DNA of 64,000 bases, from positions 3,616,001-3,680,000 of the forward strand of contig OZ241875.1 of the NCBI GenBank assembly GCA_965203325.1, in the 5' to 3' direction. Positions 22,271 through 34,049 of the stretch are shown one piece after another. Every line of letters starts with the position of its first letter. Position 1 is the first letter of the stretch. The DNA comes from a bacterium. GTDB taxonomy: Bacteria > UBA8248. Made by a program: the position numbers and the translations under genes. The notes beneath the pieces are model-generated. The model was not told the DNA's origin. It saw only the letters and a program-made list of their open reading frames with translations, and did no database searches.

Positions 22271-22933
22271 ATGACTGGCGAGATCGTCGTGGTCGACTAC
22301 GGCATGGGAAATGTTTTGAGCGTGCGGAACGCCCTGGCCAAAATCGGTGCGGAGGCGGTGCTGAGCGACGACCCCGAAGTCCTGGAAGCGGCGGGGGGCG
22401 TCATCCTGCCCGGCGTGGGCGGTTTTCCGGATTGCATGCGTGCCCTGGAGGAAGCCGACCTCACCGGGCCGCTTCGCCGCGTCATCGAGAGAGGCGTTCC
22501 CTATCTCGGGATATGTCTCGGCCTCCAGATTCTTTTCGAGGAAAGCGAGGAGTTCGGCGCCACGCCGGGCCTGGGAATCCTGCCCGGGCGCGTGCGGCGC
22601 TTTCCCGAGGGGATGACCGAAAACGGCGGCGCGCTGCCCTTGAAGGTTCCCCACATGGGCTGGAACCAGCCTGAGTTTCAGAACCACTCCCCGATTCTTG
22701 AAGGCGTGCCGAGCGGGGCGCATTTCTATTTCGTCCACTCCTACTATGCGGAGCCCTCCGAAGCGGCGCGGCCCTGGATCGCGGCGACGTGTGATTTCGG
22801 CGTGCCGTTCATCGCCAGCGTCCATCGGGAAAACCTCTTCGCCACCCAATTTCACCCCGAGAAAAGCGGCGCGCTCGGTTTGGAGATTTTAAGGAAATTC
22901 GTCGACATCTGCGGCGCGCGCGAAGCCTCGTAG
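22271..22933 (+). CDS. hisH: Imidazole glycerol phosphate synthase glutaminase subunit
   Basis: VDYGMGN, LPGVG, GICLGLQ, VPHMGWN, YFVHSY, QFHPEKS. Confidence 0.97.
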   Translation: MTGEIVVVDYGMGNVLSVRNALAKIGAEAVLSDDPEVLEAAGGVILPGVGGFPDCMRALEEADLTGPLRRVIERGVPYLGICLGLQILFEESEEFGATPGLGILPGRVRRFPEGMTENGGALPLKVPHMGWNQPEFQNHSPILEGVPSGAHFYFVHSYYAEPSEAARPWIAATCDFGVPFIASVHRENLFATQFHPEKSGALGLEILRKFVDICGAREAS

Positions 22934-22971
22934 GGGGTTGTTGGAAAGCCTCCCTCCTCAGGGGATAAAGG

Positions 22972-23114
22972 CAACCCCCCCTACCCCCCCTTATCAGGGG
23001 GGTAAAAGCGGAAAAGCCCCTCTTCTCAGGGGGTATGAAAAGGCGATGTGCCCTCGCCGGTCTGAGGGGGTTTTGATTTTTCTTGCCCCCTGACAAGGAG
23101 GGGTAGGGGGGTTG
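22972..23114. repeat. About 30-bp imperfect inverted-repeat element between hisH and hisA
   Basis: Left arm 22972-23002 (caac..ctac..cttatcaggggg) pairs with right arm 23086-23114 (ccccctgacaaggaggggtaggggggttg); extra partial tcagggg copies nearby. Confidence 0.75.
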
Positions 23115-23340
23115 GTTTTTAAGCTAAGGGAGGGCGAGTGAAGCATGATTCCCTCCGAACCCCTCATCCCTCCTTGCCGTGAACCCCCCAACCCCCTGGG
23201 GGCGGCCTCTCTTGCGGGTCGTTGCATGCGCGCCTTCGCCCCTTTTCCGCGATAATTTCCCGTAAGCGTTTGCAATAAAACCCGTTTGGGTTTAATGAGA
23301 GGCGCAACAGTTGCGGGAATCTCATCGTGGGGGTGGCGTT

Positions 23341-24066
23341 TTGCTTCTCATTCCGGCGGTCGATCTCAAGGGCGGCAAATGCGTGCGGCTCATCCAGGGC
23401 CAGAAAGGGCGCGAGATCGTCTACGGCGACGACCCGGTGGCCTGGGCCCTGCGCTGGGTAGAGCAGGGCGCGCAGCGCCTGCACCTCATCGATCTCGACG
23501 GCGCCTTTGACGGCGCGCCCGCCCACGTCGACGTCCTGGAACAAGTGGCCGGGGCCGTGGACGTTCCCGTGGAATTCGGCGGCGGCGTGCGCTCCGAAGA
23601 ATCTCTCGAGGCCGTCCTGGAGGCGGGGGCGAGTTTCGTCATCCTGGGCACGAGCGCGCTCAGAAACCCCGAATTCCTCGAAGCAGCCGCCCGCGCGAAT
23701 CCCGGCAAAATTCTGTTGGGCATCGACGCCAGGGACGGGGAAGTCAGAATCTCGGGCTGGGAGGAGGGGGACTCGGTGTCGCCCGAGTCGCTGGCGAACC
23801 GCTTCGCCCATCTTCCCCTGGCGGGCATCATCTTCACCGACATCAGGCGCGACGGCACGCTTGAAGGCTTCGACCCGGCCCCTACCGCCGCCTTGGCCCA
23901 GGCCTGCGGTCTGCCGGTCATCGCCGCAGGGGGCGTGAGCAGGCTGGAGGATGTGGAAAAACTCATTCCCCTGGAAGAGAAGGGCGTCATCGGCGCCGTC
24001 GTGGGGCGCGCGCTCTATGAGGGGACCATGGACTTTCCAAAGGCGATGGAGATGCTCTCTTGCTAG
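23341..24066 (+). CDS. hisA: ProFAR isomerase
   Basis: [40 protein letters not shown] start inferred. Confidence 0.96.
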   Translation: MLLIPAVDLKGGKCVRLIQGQKGREIVYGDDPVAWALRWVEQGAQRLHLIDLDGAFDGAPAHVDVLEQVAGAVDVPVEFGGGVRSEESLEAVLEAGASFVILGTSALRNPEFLEAAARANPGKILLGIDARDGEVRISGWEEGDSVSPESLANRFAHLPLAGIIFTDIRRDGTLEGFDPAPTAALAQACGLPVIAAGGVSRLEDVEKLIPLEEKGVIGAVVGRALYEGTMDFPKAMEMLSC

Positions 24067-24830
24067 CCAAGCGAATCATTCCCTGTCTCGACGTGAAGGA
24101 AGGCCGCGTGGTGAAGGGCGTGAATTTCGAGGGCCTGCGCGACGCGGGCGACCCCGTGGAGTGCGCCGCGCATTATGACGAGATGGGGGCGGATGAAATC
24201 TGCTTTCTCGACATCACGGCTTCGAAGGAAAAGCGCGGCACCCTGCTCGACATGGTGCGCCGCACGGCGGAGCGCGTGTTCGTTCCCCTCACCGTCGGCG
24301 GCGGCGTGCGCGAGGAGAAAGACGTGCGCGATCTGCTGAGGGCGGGGGCGGACAAGGTGAGCATCAACAGTGCGGCGCTCAGGGACCCGGGTGTCCTCAA
24401 GCGCTCAGCGGAGCGCTACGGGAGTTCCACCATCGTGTGCGCCATCGACGCCAAGCGCGTTGCGGAGGATGCGGATGCGCCCCGCTGGGAGGCGTTCACG
24501 CACGGGGGCTCGCGCCCCACCGGCCAGGACGCCGTGGCCTGGGCAGAGGAGGCTTGCGCGCTGGGCGCGGGCGAGATTCTCCTCACCAGCATGGACAGGG
24601 ACGGAACCAAGGACGGGTATGATCTAGCCCTCACGCGCAAGATTGCCGAGCGGGTGGGCGTGCCCGTCATCGCTTCGGGCGGCGTGGGGAATCTGGCGCA
24701 TCTCTACGAGGGTCTGGAGGAGGGTTGCGCCGACGCCGTGCTGGCTGCCTCGATCTTCCATTTTGGAGATTACTCGGTCGAGGAGGTGAAAATCTATCTG
24801 CGCGAGCGCGGCGTGGAGGTGAGGCTGTGA
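24060..24830 (+). CDS. hisF: Imidazole glycerol phosphate synthase cyclase subunit
   Basis: [38 protein letters not shown]. Confidence 0.98.
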   Translation: MLAKRIIPCLDVKEGRVVKGVNFEGLRDAGDPVECAAHYDEMGADEICFLDITASKEKRGTLLDMVRRTAERVFVPLTVGGGVREEKDVRDLLRAGADKVSINSAALRDPGVLKRSAERYGSSTIVCAIDAKRVAEDADAPRWEAFTHGGSRPTGQDAVAWAEEACALGAGEILLTSMDRDGTKDGYDLALTRKIAERVGVPVIASGGVGNLAHLYEGLEEGCADAVLAASIFHFGDYSVEEVKIYLRERGVEVRL

Positions 24831-25501
24831 ACGAGATGGAAATCCCCGAGGTCAAGTGGAACGAGCAGGGTCTGGCCCCCGCCATCTGCCAGGATGCGGC
24901 GACGGGGCAGGTCCTGACACTCGCGTGGGTGAACGAGGAATCGCTCCGCCTGACGCTGGAGAAGGGAACCGTCCACTTCTGGTCCCGCTCCCGCAGTGAA
25001 CTTTGGCACAAGGGCGCGACGTCGGGCAACTATCTGCATCTGGTCTCTGCGAGGCTCGATTGCGATGCGGATGCGCTGGTGTTCATCGTGAGGCCCGACG
25101 GGCCGGCCTGCCACACGAACCGGATGTCGTGTTTCTTCAACGAAGTCCCTGCGCCCGGGCGGGAGGATGGAGAGGAGGACTTCGATTTCGATCAGAACCT
25201 GCTCGAATCGGTGTATCGCCTGATTCTCGCGAGGAAAGAGGTGGGCGATACGGATTCGAGTTACGTGGCGCGTCTGTACGCCAGGGGCGAGGAGCGGGTG
25301 CTGGAGAAAATAGACGAGGAGGCCGCCGAGGTCGTCATGGCGATGAGGGAAGAAGACGCGGAGGCGGTAACGAACGAGGTGGCCGACTTGTGGTTCCACA
25401 CCCTGGTGGGGATGGCCACGCGCGGCGTGCCGCCGGGGCGGGTTTTCGCGGAACTCGCACGCCGGTTCGGACGCGGCGGGAGGCCCGAATCCGAGAGGTA
25501 G
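24827..25501 (+). CDS. hisIE: Bifunctional phosphoribosyl-AMP cyclohydrolase / phosphoribosyl-ATP pyrophosphatase
   Basis: [23 protein letters not shown]...SCF, then [23 protein letters not shown]. Confidence 0.95.
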   Translation: MNEMEIPEVKWNEQGLAPAICQDAATGQVLTLAWVNEESLRLTLEKGTVHFWSRSRSELWHKGATSGNYLHLVSARLDCDADALVFIVRPDGPACHTNRMSCFFNEVPAPGREDGEEDFDFDQNLLESVYRLILARKEVGDTDSSYVARLYARGEERVLEKIDEEAAEVVMAMREEDAEAVTNEVADLWFHTLVGMATRGVPPGRVFAELARRFGRGGRPESER

Positions 25502-25566
25502 GGCGTATTTCGCCAAGTCCGGGTCTCCGGCGTCCATGGCGGAAGGTTTCATTATTTTCATTTTTC

Positions 25567-25595
25567 TTGACAGATCCGGCCTCGGCTCCTATATT
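25567..25595 (+). promoter_or_regulatory. Sigma70-type promoter about 325 nt upstream of mutS2
   Basis: TTGACA-17 nt-TATATT with T-rich upstream tract. Confidence 0.65.
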
Positions 25596-25919
25596 GTCTC
25601 CCGATAATGGGATTATTGCGCAGTCTGTGCTTTTGGTGTTTATAACCTGTTGAATTTCAAAAAGATGCGGGATGACGAGGGTCGTCCCCCTTATATTTTC
25701 CATATACATTCCGTTCTTCGGCCCGTCATGAAGAACGACCGACAAAAGGATTCTGAGCAATAATTCGCCCCACCGGCATTCCTGACTGATTCCAGGAAGG
25801 TTTGCGGGAGTTGAACCGCCTGATCTTCGTTCGAGAAATTCAGCAAACATCATTATGTCCCGACGCCGGGACGAAGCGCATCATGAATCGTTGAATCACA
25901 TATCTGTGGATGATGTTCG

Positions 25920-28274
25920 ATGGATAGCCGCACACTGCAAGGCATTGAATTCGAAAGTGTTCTGAAGCTGCTGGAGGCTCGCTGCGCCTCGGCGTCCGGC
26001 GAAGCTGCGGCCAAGGCCCTCGTTCCGCTCACCTCGTCTTTCGAGGTCGATACCCTGCTCGACGAGACGGATGAGGCGGTGGCGCTCCTGGGTGCGGGGG
26101 AGCACATGCCGCTGGCCGCGTTCGATGACCCCGAAGAGTGGCTTGAGGACATCAGACGCCGGGGAGGGAACCTTGAGGGCGAGAAATTCCTCTCGATACT
26201 CTCCTTGCTGAACCTCGCCTCCGACGTGCGGCGCTTCGTTGAAGAGCGCGCCGAGAGGCTGCCCAGGCTCCGGATGCGCATTCACAGTGCGGACATGCAA
26301 TATCCCCTGGCCGCGCGTATCCGGCGCATTCTCGATGAGCGCGGCGAGGTGCGCGACGACGCGAGCCCGGAACTCCAGGAATCGAGAACGAAACAGCGCG
26401 CGCTCAGGAGCGAGATACGGCGTCTCCTCGACAGGATAATGAGCGCGCACCCGAATGCGATTCAGGAGAATCTGATCGTCCAGCGGCGCGAGCGGTACCT
26501 GATCCCCGCCAGGACGACCTTCAAGCGCTCGTTCGAGGGCGTGATACAGGACCGCTCCGCGAGCGGAGAGACGCTGTTCGTCGAGCCGCTTTCGGCGGTG
26601 CCCGTCAACAACGCCATCGCCGAAGAACGCGAGGCCGAGCGCGCGGAGGTGGAGAGAATCCTGCGCGAGCTGACCGCGGAGGTCATGGCGGCGCGCGAGG
26701 CAATCGTTTATCTGGTGGGATGCCTGGCGGCGCTCGACCTTATCTGGGCGAAGGCGCGCCTGGGGGTCGATTGGCGCGGCGCGCGCGCTCAGGCGAGCGC
26801 GGACGGGAGCATTAGGCTCAAAGCCGCGCGCCATCCCCTGCTCACGGCGGGCGTCGGCGCGGTGCCGAAGGAGCGGGTGGTGCCCATCGACCTCGAAGTC
26901 GGGAGAGACGGGGTGCGCCAGCTCCTCATCACCGGCCCCAACACGGGCGGCAAGACGGTGGCCTTGAAGACGGTGGGCCTCTGCGCCGCGCTTCACCAGT
27001 GCGGCGTGCCCATACCGGTTGCGCCCGAGAGCGCGCTGCCCGTCGTCAGGACGCTCGTCGCCGACATCGGGGATGAGCAGGACATTCAGCAGAACCTGAG
27101 CACCTTCTCGGGCCACATGGCGCGCGTTTCGGGCGCTGTGCGCGAGGCGGATGAGGGCGTGCTCGTGCTCCTGGACGAGTTGGGCTCCGGCACCGACCCG
27201 GCGGAGGGTTCGGCCATCGGCGTCTCCGTGCTCGAGCATCTGGCGGCAAGCGGCGCGCTTTGCATCGTGACGACGCACCACGACGCGCTGAAGCATTACG
27301 CCTACGGGGCCGCGCACGCCGAGAACGCGTCGGTGGAGTTCGACGCCGATGACCTCTCGCCCACCTACCGGATCCGCATGGGCGCGGCGGGGCCGAGCAA
27401 CGCCATGTCGGTGGCGCAGAAGATGGGCTTGCCCGAGTCCGTGCTTTCGCGCGCGGATGCGCTGCTCATGAAAGGCCCCGTCCAGGTGGACCGCCTCATG
27501 GCGAACCTCTCCGAGCAGGAGCGCGAGATCGAAGAAAAAGAGGCCGACCTCTCGGCCCGGCGGGCGCAAGTCGAAGAGCAAGAGAGGGAAGTCGAGCGCC
27601 AATTGGGCGAGGAAGCGCGCCAAAGAGGCGATGAGGCGGCCCGGTTCCTCAAGGACTTGAGGCGCGAGGCCGATGATCTCCTGAACGAGATGCGCGGGGC
27701 GCTCGAAATGGAGGAGGCCAAGCGAATCGCGCGCGAGCGCATCCGCGAGATGAGCGCCAGGATCGAGGAAGCGCTTCCAGAGAGGAAAGAGGAGGCGGCG
27801 AAACGCACGTCGATTTCATGCCGCGTGGGAGACAGGGTGCGCATCCCGCTCATGAATTGCACGGGCGTGGTGGCTGCCCTGCACGGAGAGGACGAGCTGA
27901 CCGTGTCGGTGAACGGCAAAGCCCTGCGCCTGTCTTCCAATGTGGTGGAAGTTCTGGACGATGCGCCGGGCGCGCCCGCCCGCAGGAGCAGGGTTACGCA
28001 CGACGTCGATTCGCGGGGGGATGATTTCTCGCCCGAGCTTCAACTTCGCGGCGTGCGCGCCGAGCGCGCCCTCGAGATGGTGGATAAATATCTCGACGAC
28101 GCCGCGCTCGTGGGAATCGCGTCGGTTCGCATCGTTCACGGCAAGGGGGAGGGGGTGCTCTCCAAGGTCATTGCGGAGCGGCTTGAAAGTCACGCCCTGG
28201 TGTCGAAGTTCGGCCCCGCCCGGCCCGAAGAGGGCGGCTGGGGCGTCACGAACGTGGAGCTGGCCCTGCGCTGA
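25920..28274 (+). CDS. mutS2: Endonuclease / ribosome-splitting factor MutS2
   Basis: SASGETLFVEP, Walker A TGPNTGGKT, QNLSTFSGHM, LLDELGSGTDP, coiled coil, KOW-like region, Smr IVHGKGEG. Confidence 0.95.
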   Translation: MDSRTLQGIEFESVLKLLEARCASASGEAAAKALVPLTSSFEVDTLLDETDEAVALLGAGEHMPLAAFDDPEEWLEDIRRRGGNLEGEKFLSILSLLNLASDVRRFVEERAERLPRLRMRIHSADMQYPLAARIRRILDERGEVRDDASPELQESRTKQRALRSEIRRLLDRIMSAHPNAIQENLIVQRRERYLIPARTTFKRSFEGVIQDRSASGETLFVEPLSAVPVNNAIAEEREAERAEVERILRELTAEVMAAREAIVYLVGCLAALDLIWAKARLGVDWRGARAQASADGSIRLKAARHPLLTAGVGAVPKERVVPIDLEVGRDGVRQLLITGPNTGGKTVALKTVGLCAALHQCGVPIPVAPESALPVVRTLVADIGDEQDIQQNLSTFSGHMARVSGAVREADEGVLVLLDELGSGTDPAEGSAIGVSVLEHLAASGALCIVTTHHDALKHYAYGAAHAENASVEFDADDLSPTYRIRMGAAGPSNAMSVAQKMGLPESVLSRADALLMKGPVQVDRLMANLSEQEREIEEKEADLSARRAQVEEQEREVERQLGEEARQRGDEAARFLKDLRREADDLLNEMRGALEMEEAKRIARERIREMSARIEEALPERKEEAAKRTSISCRVGDRVRIPLMNCTGVVAALHGEDELTVSVNGKALRLSSNVVEVLDDAPGAPARRSRVTHDVDSRGDDFSPELQLRGVRAERALEMVDKYLDDAALVGIASVRIVHGKGEGVLSKVIAERLESHALVSKFGPARPEEGGWGVTNVELALR

Positions 28275-28304
28275 TGCGCCGCGTTTCGGAATGAGGATGC
28301 AGGA

Positions 28305-30191
28305 ATGGGACGAGTGCCTGAAGAGGTGGTCGATCAGATACGGGACGGCGCCCCGATAGAGGACGTCGTCGGCGAGTTCGTGAGCCTCAAGAAAGCGGGC
28401 ACGAACTACAAGGGCCTCTGTCCGTTCCATGACGAGAAGACGCCTTCGTTCAACGTGAACCCGCGCATGGGCATCTACAAGTGCTTCGGGTGCGGTGCGG
28501 GCGGCAACGTCTTTCAGTTCCTGATGCAGCACGAGGGCATGACTTTTCCCGAGGCGCTTGAACGCCTGGCGAAACGCCAGGGGATCGACCTCTCCCGCTA
28601 TGAGGATTCCCGGGAGCAAGGTCCCCGGAAGCCCGACGCGCGCGGGAAGATACTGGCCGCGAATCGTCTGGCGGCCGATTTCTTCAAGGCGGCGCTCAAG
28701 AGCAACCCGGGCGAGCGGGGCCGCAAGTATCTCGAGGAGCGCGGCGTTGCGGAAGACGCCCTCGATAGGTTTCATGTCGGGTTCTCGCCTCCGCGCTGGG
28801 ACGCGCTCATCAAGGCCGCGGGGAAAAGAGGGGTGTCGCCCGACGACCTCGCGGAGGCGGGCCTCGCGGTGCGGCGCGAGGACGGGAGCGGGCATTACGA
28901 CCGCTTCCGGGACCGCATCATGTTCCCCATCCGCAACCACGAGGGCGAGATCGTGGGCTTCGGCGGGCGTTCGCTGCCCGACAGCGACCCGCGCCACGCC
29001 ACCGCGAAGTACGTGAATTCGCCGGATACGGCGCTCTTCAAGAAGGGCCGGACGCTGTATGGCTTTTACGAGGGCAGGGAGTCGATTCGCGAGAAAAAGC
29101 GCGTCCTAGTGACGGAGGGGTATTTCGACGTCATATCGCTCTGGCGGCATGGGTTCCGGGAGGCCGTGGCGCCCCTTGGCACGGCGCTGACCGCAGAGCA
29201 CATCAGGAGCCTCCGGGCGCACGCCGAGGAACTCGTGTTCGTCTTTGATCCCGACGCCGCGGGTCTCGCGGCTTCTGAGCGCGCGGGTTCGGTGGCGGGG
29301 CGGATGCTCGGCCTCGCGGGCGCGCCCGATCTGCTCGTGGCCGGCGACGTGCTACGCAAGAATTTCATCGATCGCGACGGGGCGGGTGCCGTGCGCCTCA
29401 AGGTGGTGAACCTGCCCGAGGGGCGCGACGTCGACACGTTTCTGGGAGAAAACGGCGCGGAGGACTTCGCCCGGCTGCTTTCCTCTGCCGAGGGCATCCT
29501 GGAGAACACCGTCCAGACCGCGATGGCCGGAATCGCCGCGGGCGCGAGCCAGGCCGAGAAAATCGAGGGCGTCCAGAGGCTCTTGCCCATACTCGGGGCT
29601 TGCCACCGCAGCGTTCAGGACCAATATTTGGCTTTGGTGGAGGATCAGCTCGGGATTCCCTACCCCACGCTGACGGCCATGGTGAGGAGGTTGCAGGCCG
29701 AAAACGCCCGGGAACCTTCGCCCCGCAAAGAGGAAAACCAGGTCGATCTGCTGGGCGAGAACATCGATCGTCCAAAATTCGAGACGGACGCCTTGCAGCT
29801 CTTGCTCATGAGGCCGGAGTTGGCGTCCGAGGTGCCCGATGGACTCATGACCGACCCGGCGGTGGGCGAGGTCCTCTCCCTCATGAAATCCGAGGATGCG
29901 GCCTCGCTCACGGCGGCTTCCATCGCGGACAGGCTGAAGAGCCCCGCCGCGCGCGCCCTGGTGGTGGAGTTGGCCGTCGTGGAGGTGGAACCCGAAGAAG
30001 TCGAGGCGGAGCTTTTCGATTGCATCGAGAGGCTCAAGGAGCGGCGCCGCCGAAAGATGGAAGCGGATTTGATGAAGCGCATCGAGCAGACACGAAAGCA
30101 GGAGGGGGAGGATTCCCCCGAGATGTGGAAACTCATGGAACGGAAAAACGCGCTTCTGCGCGAGCGGCAGCGAGCGGCCTCTCCGCGTTGA
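28305..30191 (+). CDS. dnaG: DNA primase
   Basis: Zn finger [46 protein letters not shown]. Confidence 0.97.
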   Translation: MGRVPEEVVDQIRDGAPIEDVVGEFVSLKKAGTNYKGLCPFHDEKTPSFNVNPRMGIYKCFGCGAGGNVFQFLMQHEGMTFPEALERLAKRQGIDLSRYEDSREQGPRKPDARGKILAANRLAADFFKAALKSNPGERGRKYLEERGVAEDALDRFHVGFSPPRWDALIKAAGKRGVSPDDLAEAGLAVRREDGSGHYDRFRDRIMFPIRNHEGEIVGFGGRSLPDSDPRHATAKYVNSPDTALFKKGRTLYGFYEGRESIREKKRVLVTEGYFDVISLWRHGFREAVAPLGTALTAEHIRSLRAHAEELVFVFDPDAAGLAASERAGSVAGRMLGLAGAPDLLVAGDVLRKNFIDRDGAGAVRLKVVNLPEGRDVDTFLGENGAEDFARLLSSAEGILENTVQTAMAGIAAGASQAEKIEGVQRLLPILGACHRSVQDQYLALVEDQLGIPYPTLTAMVRRLQAENAREPSPRKEENQVDLLGENIDRPKFETDALQLLLMRPELASEVPDGLMTDPAVGEVLSLMKSEDAASLTAASIADRLKSPAARALVVELAVVEVEPEEVEAELFDCIERLKERRRRKMEADLMKRIEQTRKQEGEDSPEMWKLMERKNALLRERQRAASPR

Positions 30192-30267
30192 AGCGTTTTC
30201 GAGGATTTTGTATTTTCACGGATTCGCAGTGGTTAAACTGACTGGCCGGACGAAGAGGAGAGTGACA

Positions 30268-32052
<1,785 letters not shown>

Positions 32053-32178
32053 GGCGCAAACTCCGCGCGATTGACATTGAACGCGCGCGGGGCCATATAT
32101 GCACAGCGAACGGGCGGCGCCCGAGGCGGAGGACGCACCGGTTTACCGATGCGCACTCTTGACGGTCGCGTTGCTATC

Positions 32179-32253
32179 GGGCCCATAGCTCAGCGGTAGA
32201 GCCGCCGGCTCATAACCGGCTGGTCCTTGGTTCGAATCCAGGTGGGCCCACCA
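32179..32253 (+). tRNA. tRNA with CAT anticodon, most likely tRNA-Ile2 (lysidine-modified)
   Basis: Cloverleaf GGGCCCA/TGGGCCC, GCCGG-CTCATAA-CCGGC, CCA end; paired position 1-72 and no GGG/CCC anticodon stem so not initiator; location after rpoD fits Ile2. Confidence 0.9.
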
Positions 32254-32298
32254 CACGATTTCTGGTCGATAATCGAACGATGCGAGGAGTATGACCTA

Positions 32299-33048
32299 GT
32301 GCACCCGGAATTGGCGGCCTTGATGGAGCTTCAGGCGATTGACGTCAAGATGGATCAATGCCGCGGTGCGATTTCGAAAATTCCCGCCTCGGTCGAAAAG
32401 GAAAAGCGGTATCTGGCGGGCTTCGAGTCTTCCGTCGAGGAACTCGAGGGGGAAGTGGAAGCCGCCAGGAAGAAACTGCGTGAAGCGGAGGGCGAAATCC
32501 AGTCTTTCGATCAGAAACTTAGAGACACCCGCGGCAAGCAGACGCTCGTCAAGACGAACGAGGAATACCGCGCCCTGGGCGCTGAGATTGAAGGGTATCA
32601 GAACCGGATCAACGCTTTAGAGGATGTCGTTCTCGAGATCATGGATAGTATGCCGGCGCACGAGGAGAAGCTCGCAGGTGCGCGCGGGGAGTTGGAGGCG
32701 GCACGGGGCAAGGTGCAGGGCGAAGTGAAGAAGTACGAGAACCATCGGGCGGATTTCGAGCGTGAACTGGGTGAACTCCTCGACAAGTCGAAGACCCTCG
32801 CAGGCGGCGTGAGCGAGGAGTGGATGAAGCGCTATAAAGGCTTGAGAAAATCCCGGAAAGGGCTCGCCGTTTGTGCCATCGTCAATCGCACCTGCCAGGG
32901 TTGCCGCACGGCGGAGACCATCAAGCGCTTTCTGGAGATCAGGGATTCGGAAGACAGGATTTACACGTGTTCGAACTGCAAGCGCATCCTCTTCTACCAG
33001 GAGGGTGAGACCGCGGAGTTGAGTCTGCCGGCGGTGGACCCTGAATGA
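32299..33048 (+). CDS. Coiled-coil protein with C4-type zinc ribbon (DUF164/CT398-like)
   Basis: LMELQAID, VKTNEEYRAL..EI, C-terminal CQGC..CSNCKRILF; GTG start after GAGGAG. Confidence 0.88.
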   Translation: MHPELAALMELQAIDVKMDQCRGAISKIPASVEKEKRYLAGFESSVEELEGEVEAARKKLREAEGEIQSFDQKLRDTRGKQTLVKTNEEYRALGAEIEGYQNRINALEDVVLEIMDSMPAHEEKLAGARGELEAARGKVQGEVKKYENHRADFERELGELLDKSKTLAGGVSEEWMKRYKGLRKSRKGLAVCAIVNRTCQGCRTAETIKRFLEIRDSEDRIYTCSNCKRILFYQEGETAELSLPAVDPE

Positions 33049-33458
33049 GAGCGGGCCACCTTAGGATTCACACCGACGGCGCGGCAAGAGGGAATCCGGG
33101 TCCTGCGGGCGCCGCCGCCTTGTTGTACGACGATGCGGGCAATTGCGTGGCGGAGGAGACGAAGTATCTCGGCACGGCGACGAACAACGTAGCGGAATAC
33201 CAGGCGTTCTTGCTGGGCCTTGAGCGCGCGGTGCAACTCGGCGCCCGTAGCGTGGAAGTCGTTACGGACTCCGAACTCATGGCTCGCCAGTGGAGCGGTG
33301 AGTACCGGGTCAGGAACAAGGTGCTCAAGCCCTTGTATGAGCGGGCGAAGGCGGCGGCGGGGAAATTCGGCTCGGTCGAGGTGCGCCATGTGCGCCGCGG
33401 CGAAAACACGGCGGCCGACGCCGCCGCCAATCGCGCCATCGACGGCGGGATGGGTTGA
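33045..33458 (+). CDS. Ribonuclease HI family protein
   Basis: TDGAARGNPGPAG, TNNVAEY, TDSELM, ENTAADAAAN catalytic pattern. Confidence 0.92.
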   Translation: MRAGHLRIHTDGAARGNPGPAGAAALLYDDAGNCVAEETKYLGTATNNVAEYQAFLLGLERAVQLGARSVEVVTDSELMARQWSGEYRVRNKVLKPLYERAKAAAGKFGSVEVRHVRRGENTAADAAANRAIDGGMG

Positions 33459-33530
33459 GGAGGCGCATGCGCGCACGTCGCTTGCCGGCCGCCGGTTGTG
33501 CAGGCGATGGCGCTGGCGTATGAAATATCT

Positions 33531-33896
<366 letters not shown>

Positions 33897-34049
33897 TGAG
33901 ATGTTCAGGTGCGCGCTCCGCTGACCGTGAAAACGCCCGCCTCGCGATTCCCGATGCACGGACAGGGGTTGGCCGTTCGGATACGGACGAGCGTCGAGGC
34001 GGCAAGGGGCGCGCTTTTCTTCTCGAACGACAAAGGAACATAAGGACGC

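Noticed and set aside
32179..32253. Initiator tRNA-fMet
   Set aside because: It has a paired G1-C72 and lacks the three consecutive G-C pairs (GGG/CCC) in the anticodon stem; Ile2 is more likely.
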